From: Myxococcales bacterium
GTDB taxonomy: Bacteria > Myxococcota_A > Polyangia > Polyangiales > Polyangiaceae
Assembly (NCBI GenBank): GCA_043747615.1
Contig: JAYTOU010000060.1
Location: 96,001-160,000, forward strand
Direction of reading: 5' to 3'
Length of the DNA: 64,000 bases
Shown: piece after piece, positions 9,162 through 18,235 of the stretch
Layout of the letters: every line of letters begins with the position of its first letter
How positions within the stretch are numbered: the first letter of the stretch is position 1
Translations under genes and position numbers: made by a program
Notes under the pieces: model-generated
The model's input: the letters and a program-made list of their open reading frames with translations, nothing else
Told to the model about the DNA's origin: nothing
The model's database searches: none

Positions 9162-11384
9162 GTGATGACGAATCGATTTTTTCGTACGGCTTCGAAGCTG
9201 TCCTCGGTCGTGATTCTCACCGCAATTCCTTTCGCGCTGAGCGTGGGCTGCGGCTCCGCACCGCCCGACTCGACGGAAGGCGCTAGCACCTCGGCATCGC
9301 CGCTTCCGCCCCGTAGCGTGATGCTCCGCCAAGATCCGGGAGCTACGCCCCAGAGCAACAGTCTTCGCACCGCCTCCGCGCCAGCCGGCACTCACCTCAC
9401 GTACTACGGTGGGCGCGTCGTATCGAACATCCAAGTCGTGCAAGTCCTGTGGGGAGCCGGTAGCTACCACGCGCAAGTGACGAGCACGGCGACCCCGAGC
9501 ATCGGGACGTTTTATCAGCAGATGTCGAACAGCGCGTACTTCGACTGGCTCACTGAGTTCAACACGAGCGGCGGGACGAACCAAACGATCGGGCACGGCA
9601 GCTTCCTCGGGCAGTATCCGATCACCCCGTCCGTGACGGGTACGACCGTGTCGCAAGCGCAGCTCGAGGCGGAGATTCAACGTCAGATCAACGCCGGCCA
9701 CCTTCCCGCGCCAACGCACGACGCGAGCGGCAACAACAACTCGTACTACGCCGTCTTCTTTCCCCACGGGATCACGATCACCCAAGGCACATCGCGCAGC
9801 TGCGCTTCGGGAGGGTTCTGCGCCTTCCATGGAACGATCGCGAACTCGTCGACCCCGGAGATCTACTACGGAGTTCACCCGGACATGCAGGCCGGCTCGG
9901 GCTGCGACACAGGCTGCGGCACCGGTACGCCGTTCGACAACTACACGTCCGTCGCCTCCCACGAGCTGGTCGAAACGGTGACGGATGCAGAGGTGGGCAT
10001 CGCGACTGCGAACGCGGCGCCTCTTGCCTGGTACGACACGGTGAACGGCGAGATCGGTGACATCTGCAACGCGCAACAGGCGTCGATCGTCGGCGGCGAC
10101 GGCGTTACGTACACGGTGCAAAAAGAATTTTCGAACGTTTCGAATGACTGCATCGCAAGCCGCGCAGTCGCGAATGGTTTCACGGTGTCGGACTCTCCCT
10201 CAGCGGGGAGCGTCGCCGCCGGCTCATCGGCCACGACGACGATCACCGTCACCGACACAGGCACGCCGGGCACCGTCTCCCTGTCGGCGAGCGGCCTCCC
10301 CGCCGGCGCGGCCGCGACTTTCGCCCCATCGAGCCTGGGTGCGACGGGTAACTCGACCTTGACCGTTTCGACTACGGCGGGAGTCGCGGCCGGCATCTAC
10401 GCGATCACGATCACTGGCACTGCGGGCACGACTTCCCACACGGCGAGCTACTCGCTGACGGTGACGTCCGGGGGCGGCGGCGGTGGCAGCGCGCTCACGA
10501 ACGGCGGATTCGAAACGGGAAACCTCTCATCGTGGAGCTCCGTCGGACTCGCGAGCGTTCTTGGTGGCGGGCACAGCGGCAGCTACGCAGCGCAGGTCGG
10601 CGGAACGGCCCCGAGCAGCGACAGCAACATCGGCCAGACGTTCACGGCGCCCTCTGGCGCGACGAGCCTCTCCTTCTTCTACAAGGTCGTCTGCCCTGAC
10701 AGCGTCAGCTACGACTGGGCCTCGGCAACGCTGAAAGACAACACCGCCGGCACGACTGCGACCGTCCTCGCGAATACGTGCACAAACAGCGGCGCGTGGG
10801 TGCAAGCCTCCGCGAGCCTGACCGCGGGGCACAGCTACACGCTCACGTTGGCGAGTCACGACGACAACTACGCGGGTGACCCGACGTACACGCTCTACGA
10901 TGATGTCGTCTTCGCGACTGGGGGCGGCGGTGGGGGCGGCGGCGCCAACGCAGTCCTGAACGGCGGCCTCGAGTCAGGGAGTCTCTCGAGCTGGACGCCC
11001 TCCGGCGCGAGCGAATCCGTCGTAGTCGGGGGACACTCCGGGAGCTACGCGGCACGCCTCGGCAGCACGAGCGCGACGAACGGCGACAGCTCGATCTCGC
11101 AGACGTTCACTGCTGCCGCGGGTGACACGATCCTCTCGTTCTCGTACAAGGTCACCTGTCCCGACTCAGTGACTTACGATTGGGCGACGGCCATCCTGAA
11201 GGACAACACGAGCGGGATCACCTCCGTCGTCCTCAACAAGACTTGCACCAACACGGGCAGCTGGGCGAGCGCTTCGGTGGCGATTACTGCGGGTCATGGG
11301 TACACCCTGACTCTCACGAGCCACGACGACAACTACGGCAGTGACCCGACGTACACGCTCTATGACGATGTCGCGACGCACTAG
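9162..11384 (+). CDS. Large secreted/lipoprotein: EXORDIUM/PHI-1-like HExxE domain, Ig-like domain and two tandem carbohydrate-binding-like domains
   Basis: Lipobox-like SVGC. Motifs LTYYGGRV, FCAFHG, SHELVETVTD, AWYD..GEIGDIC. Two ~145-aa NGGFETG/NGGLESG repeats separated by poly-Gly linkers. Confidence 0.75.
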   Translation: MMTNRFFRTASKLSSVVILTAIPFALSVGCGSAPPDSTEGASTSASPLPPRSVMLRQDPGATPQSNSLRTASAPAGTHLTYYGGRVVSNIQVVQVLWGAGSYHAQVTSTATPSIGTFYQQMSNSAYFDWLTEFNTSGGTNQTIGHGSFLGQYPITPSVTGTTVSQAQLEAEIQRQINAGHLPAPTHDASGNNNSYYAVFFPHGITITQGTSRSCASGGFCAFHGTIANSSTPEIYYGVHPDMQAGSGCDTGCGTGTPFDNYTSVASHELVETVTDAEVGIATANAAPLAWYDTVNGEIGDICNAQQASIVGGDGVTYTVQKEFSNVSNDCIASRAVANGFTVSDSPSAGSVAAGSSATTTITVTDTGTPGTVSLSASGLPAGAAATFAPSSLGATGNSTLTVSTTAGVAAGIYAITITGTAGTTSHTASYSLTVTSGGGGGGSALTNGGFETGNLSSWSSVGLASVLGGGHSGSYAAQVGGTAPSSDSNIGQTFTAPSGATSLSFFYKVVCPDSVSYDWASATLKDNTAGTTATVLANTCTNSGAWVQASASLTAGHSYTLTLASHDDNYAGDPTYTLYDDVVFATGGGGGGGGANAVLNGGLESGSLSSWTPSGASESVVVGGHSGSYAARLGSTSATNGDSSISQTFTAAAGDTILSFSYKVTCPDSVTYDWATAILKDNTSGITSVVLNKTCTNTGSWASASVAITAGHGYTLTLTSHDDNYGSDPTYTLYDDVATH
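10483..11381 (+). repeat. Two diverged ~435-bp intragenic domain repeats
   Basis: CPDSV(S/T)YDWA, NTCTNSG/KTCTNTG and SHDDNY..DPTYTLYDDV each occur twice (~10483-10915 and ~10945-11381). Confidence 0.85.
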
Positions 11385-11612
11385 TGACTCGTTCACGCGC
11401 GACGGCACGTGTCTCGGACTGCTAACCGCCCGAGCGATGCGCCGAGCCTCGTTCGGCAACGGTGGCGCGGGCTCAGGAGAGCGGCGACAGGAGCCGACAC
11501 TCGGGGCGCGGGAGCTCACGACCTCGCTGCCCATCCTCGTGCGCGAAGGCCCCGGATCCATCGAAGATTTCGAGTGAAGCAACTGAGAGGGTGATGCGGC
11601 CGATAGGGCTTC

Positions 11613-11801
11613 ATGCGCCAGTCCCAGCCTTGTAGACCTCGTTCCCGCCGCACCGGCCAACGAGGCGTGGTCGCGGTGGAGTACTCGTTCCTCCTGACGT
11701 TCATGGTCATCCCGACCGTCCTGGCCCTCGTCGCCGGTGGCGTCGTCCTCGACCGCATGTACGTCGCGTCCCGCAACCACTTGCTTCTCCCGACGCCATG
11801 A
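11613..11801 (+). CDS. Small Flp/TadE-like pilin
   Basis: Prepilin motif QRG|VVAVEY (Glu+5) followed by a hydrophobic helix. ATGA overlap with the next gene. Confidence 0.7.
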   Translation: MRQSQPCRPRSRRTGQRGVVAVEYSFLLTFMVIPTVLALVAGGVVLDRMYVASRNHLLLPTP

Positions 11802-12262
11802 AGCGCCTTAGACGCGATCGTCGTGGCGCCGTCATCGTCGAGTTCATCGCGGTCCTTCCCGTGGTCCTCATGATCTTTTTCGTGATGGTGCAGTACGGGC
11901 ATCTCCTCGCGGCACGCTTGATCATTCACCACGCCGCGGAGAGCGCCGCGCGCATGGCAGTGGTCGGCAAGAGCCCGATGCAACCGGGAAAGTTCGTCGG
12001 CGACAGCAACGACCCGAAGCTCGCCGCCCTCGAATCCATGGGGCTCTGGACGAGCATCGGTGCGCCCGCGATCGATGCCGTCAAAGTCGAGGCGCGCTAC
12101 CCGTCAAACGACGCGTACGGACCCGTCACTGTCAACTTGACCGGCACCTACCACTGCAAGGTCCCCATCGCGCGAAGGATGTTTTGCGGAGAAAGCGGCC
12201 TGACGATGCGCATCACGGCGATCTTACCCCATCAAGGAGCGCGTTACGCGGACGAGTCATGA
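11798..12262 (+). CDS. TadE-like pseudopilin
   Basis: RRG|AVIVEFIAVLPV...HAAESAARMA is the TadE signature. Confidence 0.85.
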   Translation: MKRLRRDRRGAVIVEFIAVLPVVLMIFFVMVQYGHLLAARLIIHHAAESAARMAVVGKSPMQPGKFVGDSNDPKLAALESMGLWTSIGAPAIDAVKVEARYPSNDAYGPVTVNLTGTYHCKVPIARRMFCGESGLTMRITAILPHQGARYADES

Positions 12263-13635
12263 GCACGGAACGCAAAGGTTTGCGGGCGTCGCAAGAAGGC
12301 GCCGTGATGATCATGGGCGTCTTCATGGCGCTGGCCCTCATCGGCGTGATCTGGTTCTTGTTAGGCATCGGCGCCAGCATCGTCTTCCGCGAGAACATGC
12401 AGGAAGGTGCTGATTCCGGCGCGTTCTCGAGTGCCGCCGTCCACGCGCGGAGCATGAATTTTATCGTGGCCCTCAACCTGGTCATGTTCGCGCTCGCCAC
12501 GTTTTGGGTTCTTCTCTGCATCACGTACGTGGTCCTCGTAGTCGTCTCCATCTACACGTGGCTCGTAGGCATCGTGAGCTGCATCCTCGGCTGCGAAGGG
12601 CTCGGCGCGGCGGAGAGCGTCGAAAATCTGAAGGAGCGAGTCGGGCAACTGAAAGAGCAGTATCGGACGCTGCTGGACGGTCTTCTTCCGGCGCTCAGCC
12701 TTGCCCAGAGCGTCGCGGCTGAAGGGGCGGACGTGGGCGGTGCGTTCGTGTCGGCCGCGCAGATCGCAGATACGACCGGCGGAGAGTTCGGAGTGGCCGC
12801 TAGCGCAGATCTTCCGAATATCAGTGCCGCAAAGAGCATCGGCGAACGCATTGGTCTGCCCGTAGAAAATGAGAAAAACGGGGCGCTGTGCGCGCACTCG
12901 GCGCAGTGGGTGATGGGCTACCTCCAGACGCTGCTCAACAAGAATCCGCTGGTCGGAAAACTGCTCAGCCTGCCCCCCTCGGCGTTCTCCGCTGCCATGG
13001 TGGCTCTTCAGCTCAATCCGAATCCCGCCACTCGCGTCGCGCTCTCAAAGTTGAACAAGTTCCTCGACACCATCCGCAACACCGCAGCCGACACATTGCA
13101 GTTCGTGTACTGCAGCGACGATGTCTGGGAAAAAGCGGGGCCGAAGCGGATGTGGCGCTCCGGTAAGAACACGATGGAGAAGAACGCCAGCGACTGGATG
13201 CAGGTCTACTCCGTCGTCGTTCCTTCAAGGCTCGACGACAATCAGGCAGAGCACCACCTCGGCGTCTCGCACCTAAACAACTCCGAGCAAGCAACCGTGC
13301 CCTTTATGTTCTTCTACGCGCAGGCTGAGTACTTCCTCGACTGCGAGGGCCGGTGGGACGGCGGTTCTTGCAACGCGATCAGCGACAGCGTGAAAGACAC
13401 GGGAATAGACGCGGCGATGTACCGCCTCGAGTGGCGCGCTCGCCTCGTTCGGGTGCACACCGCGAAGAACCTCCCTGCTGCCAAGTACGTCAACGCGTTC
13501 AATGCAGTGCTCGCCGAGGGCGCGGTCCTGAAGAACGCCCAGAACGACAGTCCCGCGGTTCAGCGCTTGCTCGGTGCCTTGCCCAACGAAGTGCTCGCAT
13601 TCCTCCAGAAAGTGCCAGCGGCAAACTTTCATTGA
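12259..13635 (+). CDS. TadG-like pseudopilin (Tad domain)
   Basis: QEG|AVMIMG, TM helix, then MQEGADSGAFSSA (QxAADxAA-type motif). ATGA overlap at 12259-12262. Confidence 0.75.
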   Translation: MSTERKGLRASQEGAVMIMGVFMALALIGVIWFLLGIGASIVFRENMQEGADSGAFSSAAVHARSMNFIVALNLVMFALATFWVLLCITYVVLVVVSIYTWLVGIVSCILGCEGLGAAESVENLKERVGQLKEQYRTLLDGLLPALSLAQSVAAEGADVGGAFVSAAQIADTTGGEFGVAASADLPNISAAKSIGERIGLPVENEKNGALCAHSAQWVMGYLQTLLNKNPLVGKLLSLPPSAFSAAMVALQLNPNPATRVALSKLNKFLDTIRNTAADTLQFVYCSDDVWEKAGPKRMWRSGKNTMEKNASDWMQVYSVVVPSRLDDNQAEHHLGVSHLNNSEQATVPFMFFYAQAEYFLDCEGRWDGGSCNAISDSVKDTGIDAAMYRLEWRARLVRVHTAKNLPAAKYVNAFNAVLAEGAVLKNAQNDSPAVQRLLGALPNEVLAFLQKVPAANFH

Positions 13636-13680
13636 AGAACGACGCAACCACGGCTGCTGGGCGGCCGACAGGAGAGGACC

Positions 13681-14211
13681 ATGAAGTCTTGCTCGATGCG
13701 AAACCGATCGGACCGGCGGCGGCGATCTGCCGGCGTGGCGATGGTCGAGGCGGCCGCTGTGCTTCCCGTCCTTCTCATGTTCTTCGGGCTCTTTAGGTTC
13801 GTGGGCGCCGAATACGACGCCAAGCTCCAGACCAGCTGGGATGCGCGCAATCAAGCGTGGGACGATGCGATGCACGGCTGCAAAGGGAGCCCGGACGCCA
13901 ACGATGCCGTGCGCATGGGAAACACCGATCCGAACAACGCCGCCAGCTCACTCGATCGCGGCGCTCGCGACCCGGTGAAAGACCGAACGCGTAAGATGAT
14001 CACCAACGGTCCGGCGAGGGGCTCGCGAACGAGCTACGGCCTGATTTCGCGAAGCAACAAGACGGTCAAGGCCACGGTCCGCGCTCCGCACTTCACCCGC
14101 GAGATCGTCTCCGCGTCATCGGTGTTCTGCAATGAGCAAAACTACGAAGAGGAGAGCGCTTTCAAGCTCGTGGCCCTCGCAAAATTCGCCATCTCCGCGA
14201 TCCCGCACTGA
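13681..14211 (+). CDS. TadE-like pseudopilin
   Basis: SAG|VAMVEAAAVLPVLLMFFG motif. GGAGAGG RBS. Confidence 0.75.
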   Translation: MKSCSMRNRSDRRRRSAGVAMVEAAAVLPVLLMFFGLFRFVGAEYDAKLQTSWDARNQAWDDAMHGCKGSPDANDAVRMGNTDPNNAASSLDRGARDPVKDRTRKMITNGPARGSRTSYGLISRSNKTVKATVRAPHFTREIVSASSVFCNEQNYEEESAFKLVALAKFAISAIPH

Positions 14212-14234
14212 AAGAACGAGAAAGGTCTCTCACC

Positions 14235-15155
14235 ATGTTCAGGCATACCGAAACATCGAGACGATTGAGGCGGGGACGAGGAATGCTTCGCGTGGCGGCG
14301 TACGTTGCCGTCGTCTTCGGGGTGGCGGCCGGTTGCTCGATACACACCGCCAAGGCCAGCATGCACGAGCAGCAGCTCGAGCTCGGACGCGACCTGCTGC
14401 CGCTAGCCGAATTTCTGCAGGAGTCGCGGGTGCTCACCGTCAACGGGCAAAGCGCGCACGTGGCGTCGGCGACGGTGCAGAGCGATCTCACGACAGTCCT
14501 CGATCGCTACGAGAGCCACTGCCTCCTCGCAAAGAGCCCGCTTTCTGACGGGTGGAAGCTCGCGAGTGAGGAAGATCGGCGCGAGGCTGAAACGAAAATC
14601 GGCAAGCTCACCGTGTCGCGCGAAGAGAACCCCAATGAAGGAACGGTCGCCTGCATCGTGAAGGGCGAGCACTCGGCGAGCTCGTTCTCCGAGGGGATGC
14701 GCACCTTTGCCGAGACGGGGGATTTCGGAGCGTTCGGAAAGTTGCGCTACGTCTACGCCAAGCGTGGCTCGAACGGCTCGACTTTCGTGATGACCGTGTG
14801 GACGGACGACACGTTCGATCTCGGGAAGATGCTTCCCCAGCCGGGACACGACGTGGCGGGCGGCGACCTCGCGGAAGCTCCGCGACCGCCGCAGGCGCAG
14901 CGCATCTTCGTGACCGCGCTTTCGGGGGCTCCGTTCAGCACCCGCGTCTACCGAACAGCCTTGAAGCCGGAGGCCGCGATCGCCTTCTACGATGACACGA
15001 TGAAAAACTCTGGGTGGGCCGCCGGTACGGGCGCCAACGCGTCACCCCCGTCCGGGCGAGTCTACTGGAAGAATGGCACCGAAGTCGTGGTTGCCGCCGG
15101 GCTCGATGCGCGGGGGCAAACGACGATTTCAGTCGCGGAGGTTGGCCGGCCCTGA
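14235..15155 (+). CDS. Membrane-anchored hypothetical protein of the Tad pilin cassette
   Basis: Long ORF, N-terminal hydrophobic helix, co-oriented 23 bp after the TadE-like gene. Confidence 0.7.
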   Translation: MFRHTETSRRLRRGRGMLRVAAYVAVVFGVAAGCSIHTAKASMHEQQLELGRDLLPLAEFLQESRVLTVNGQSAHVASATVQSDLTTVLDRYESHCLLAKSPLSDGWKLASEEDRREAETKIGKLTVSREENPNEGTVACIVKGEHSASSFSEGMRTFAETGDFGAFGKLRYVYAKRGSNGSTFVMTVWTDDTFDLGKMLPQPGHDVAGGDLAEAPRPPQAQRIFVTALSGAPFSTRVYRTALKPEAAIAFYDDTMKNSGWAAGTGANASPPSGRVYWKNGTEVVVAAGLDARGQTTISVAEVGRP

Positions 15156-15279
15156 TCGAGGATCTTCTTTGGCTCTTCGCGTATCGCTACGACTGGCCGA
15201 GACCATCGATTTCGAACCAAGCGAAGCGATGCCTCCAGACGACGGAAGGGAGACCTCCGTCCTCGCCCGGTTACAGGGC

Positions 15280-15495
15280 CAAGTTATTTTTTTCCGTGCG
15301 GTCGTCAGCTCGGCTTGAGCGCGCGCACGGCTTTCGACTCTCCGGCGTACTCGAGGATGGCGCCATCGCGCCTAACGAGCAGCGAAGCGCCCCGACTTCA
15401 CCTCGCTCCTTACAAGCGGCGACCTCTGCCAGGATCTTCTTTTTGTACGCTGCGGTGAAGCGTCTCTGCTGCGCTTTCGATTACACCTCGGTCAT
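15280..15495 (-). pseudogene. IS3-family OrfA transposase remnant
   Basis: MTEV*SKAQQRRFTAAYKKKILAEVAACKERGEVGAL matches IS3 OrfA N-termini. Has an in-frame TAA and an A7 run (15287-15293) near the expected frameshift site. Confidence 0.65.
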
Positions 15496-15789
15496 GGGGA
15501 TCGAGGACAAATGAGAGGGATCCATCTCGCCCTGCTACACAAAACTACGAGGGGGCGCTGGCCTCACGCCCGTTGGCAGAGAGGAGACTTCGTGGACGGT
15601 TGCGTCGCGCGCCTCCGAATCGGTGATGAAGCGAAAGCCGTCCCGCGCTCGTTGGTGACGACGGTCGATGGCTCGGGGCGGTCGTTCTCGCGTTGATCGA
15701 GGCGTTCAGGTTCGACGGGGACGCCCTCACCCGCGCGTCCGATGGGGAAACCCTGGCCACCACGGTGCGATCCCAAGTCCGGGTGCCTT

Positions 15790-16016
15790 AGGCATCGTGC
15801 CGCTCGGAGAGCGCCATCTCCGAGAGGTCGTTCGCGAGTACGTCGAACGAAATCATCACGAGCGAAACCATCAGGGCCTGGATGATGCGATTCCACTTTC
15901 GATCGCTGATCCTAATCGGAATGGGCGCGTACGCCGCCGCGTACCGCCTGGCGGTATTCTCAATTTCTATCATCGGGACGCGGCATGAAATGCGCGATCG
16001 AGTTTGGGACACTACG
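15790..16016 (+). mobile_element. 3' remnant of an rve-type IS (same family as 22842-24020)
   Basis: GERHLREVVREYVERNHHERNHQGL...GGILNFYHRDAA* parallels the intact transposase C-terminus. The end GAGTTTGGGACACTAC resembles its right end. Confidence 0.75.
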
Positions 16017-16213
16017 CGGGGAACGCTTCGACGAAAACGGATTGAGAGTTTCCGATTCAGTCCGCGTCGACATCTGAGGACGCGTCCGCCGCATCGGCCT
16101 CGAGCATTTGGCATCGTTCGGAGTCTCGGCCGCTTCCACCGAAATACATGGCGACATGCGCCCCTGCCCAGCGGGCGTTCGGAGAGGCGCGCGATGTTTG
16201 CGCGCTGTGTCGC

Positions 16214-16414
16214 TCAGCCTTGGTGGCGACTTGTAACGAGACTCGGAATGATGATCGTGAGAAAAATCAGACCGAGCGCGTAGAGGGCGCGCGGCATCCA
16301 CGCAGGTTTTTGCGGAGGCTTCCGGCGACGCGCGCTGACGAGGAGATCGGCTCCCTCGGCGGACGTGAGATGACCCTTGCGGACCTGCTCGAAGATTTCC
16401 ACGCTGCTGTTCAT
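16214..16414 (-). CDS. 66-aa membrane protein with a SHOCT-like N-terminal helix
   Basis: MNSSVEIFEQVRKGHLTSAEGADLL...ALYALGLIFLTIIIPSLV. Its ATG overlaps the GAF gene stop (ATGA). Confidence 0.65.
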   Translation of the reverse strand: MNSSVEIFEQVRKGHLTSAEGADLLVSARRRKPPQKPAWMPRALYALGLIFLTIIIPSLVTSRHQG

Positions 16415-17256
16415 GCGCTTACCCCGATTGGCAATCTGAGGTTCTTTTCGCTTTTTCGCAAGGTCCACGCAAGTAAGGCCACGTAAGGCATCAGGTATTC
16501 CACGAGGTTCGAGGCGTCGAGGTCGAAGTGGTAACGCCGCGAACTGTCGATGGAAACTGCGCCCACGACCTCGCCGTCCCGGTAGACCGGAATGACCAAA
16601 ATGCTCTTGTAGGCCTTTCCGGGAGGCGTGCCCGGATACTCCCCGTAGAGGTCTCCGGTGACAACCGGAATACCCTCGGCGATCACCGTTCCGGCGAGCA
16701 TGTCCTTCTTCGCGTAGCGCGCATGTCCAGCGCGGTGGTCGCGGTCGCGGGCGATGACGACGAGCTCGTCGCCCTCCTCCGCAAGGAGGTTCGCAAAGAT
16801 CGTGGGCCGTGCTTGGTCACGCCGATGATCGCGGACGTAGGCGGCGATGAGCTCGAGGGCCTTGCGCTGAAACCTGGCGACCTCTGGTGGAGTCATCAGC
16901 TCGCGTTGCTGCAGCTGATGCACGAGCTCATACAGTCGCAGCTTGCGATCGAGGTAGTTGCGCTCCACGACCTGCATGTTCTTCGGAGAATTTTCGCGGA
17001 ACTTTTTGAAGAGCTGCATCGCCAGAAGAATCCCTCCGGAGACGATCGCCTGCCTCCATCCCAACTTGACGAGGGGCCACGCGACGCAGCCGATTTGGAT
17101 GAGCGCCACTGCAACGGTGATCCACCAGCTCCGCGTGCGCAAGGACGTCGACACGTAGTGCCGCGCGACGATGAGCCAACGTTGCGCGCCGCGCACCGCT
17201 CCACGCGGCCGCGTGATGGCGAGCTTCGAATCATTTACTCCCCCGTCTTCGCCCAT
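16411..17256 (-). CDS. Two-TM protein with a C-terminal GAF domain and no output domain
   Basis: Two hydrophobic segments, then GAF-type motifs GTVIAEGIPVVTGDL and YKSILVIPVYRDGEVVGAVSIDS. Confidence 0.75.
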   Translation of the reverse strand: MGEDGGVNDSKLAITRPRGAVRGAQRWLIVARHYVSTSLRTRSWWITVAVALIQIGCVAWPLVKLGWRQAIVSGGILLAMQLFKKFRENSPKNMQVVERNYLDRKLRLYELVHQLQQRELMTPPEVARFQRKALELIAAYVRDHRRDQARPTIFANLLAEEGDELVVIARDRDHRAGHARYAKKDMLAGTVIAEGIPVVTGDLYGEYPGTPPGKAYKSILVIPVYRDGEVVGAVSIDSSRRYHFDLDASNLVEYLMPYVALLAWTLRKSEKNLRLPIGVSA

Positions 17257-17359
17257 CGCATCCTGATATCACGGGTGCGCCCGAGGCCAGGGGAGCACCG
17301 CGCAGCCAGGCGGCAGCTCGAAAATCACGCAGCGCATGCCCGGCACGTCGATGGATCGC

Positions 17360-17980
17360 TCATGAAAGACCGATGATGCGAAGGCCGACATGTCCGCTCG
17401 GTCCGACGATCGCGACGTCGTCGGCGCCGACGTGCGCGGTGACGTCGAGGCCCGCCCACTCGCAAGGCACGGAGTAAACGACGCCTTCGACGCAGACGAG
17501 CGAGCGCAGCGTGACTCTCGGCGCGTGCGTCCTCCGCGCATCGGAGTGGTGCTCGGGGAGCGGAAGACACTGTCCGCGCTCCGACAGAACTCTCTCCGTA
17601 TCGTGCGCGGCGTCGCGGCCCGAGTGCATGAGGCGCATCACGAACACCTCGCAGCGGCGACGTTTCCATTCGCACACGGCCTCGGTGACCGTGGTGATCC
17701 CGACCTCGTGCCCCTCGCCGACGAGCATCGCGTGCAGCCTCGTCGCCGTCAGCCGCTGCTTGCCACCCGTCCATCGCGGTGAGCCCGTGAGTATCGCTTC
17801 AATCCGCGACCCCACTTTTTCCAAGACCAGACGGCCTCGTGGCGCAATCAGCACCTTGTGCCGAACCGCGTGAACTTGATCCATGTTCAGCATCTCCCTG
17901 CGGCCTTAGCCGCTTTTTGAGGAATGCCGGGGGTGGATCAGTTTCCGAGCGGGAATTGGATCACTTTCCGAGCGGTGCCA
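17360..17980 (-). mobile_element. IS21-family remnant (internally deleted IstA plus left end)
   Basis: MDQVHAVRHKVL, KQRLTATRLH..LVGEG, MRLMHSGR and YSVP..WAG are disjoint IstA pieces. The terminus begins TG at 17980 with a repeated CCGCTCGGAAA(G/C)TGATCCA motif. Confidence 0.85.
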
Positions 17981-18235
17981 TCGTGGCCTTCGACGGCACT
18001 CCGGGAGAGTTGCGAGCGCGCGTAGAAGCACACCTCGATGCACGCTCGGGCGCGTAGGAAATCGAACGAGCGTTTGAAAAGCACGAGCCTGGGCGAAAAC
18101 GCGACCTAACTCGCGAAGTAAGAAGATGGTCCTCGAAGTCGACCAAGCCGGCTGATTTGAAAGAGCCGCTCGGACCACGCCATCTACCAACGCTTACACC
18201 TCCGTCCGTCTTCGGAGTTGAGCTACTGTTGGGCA

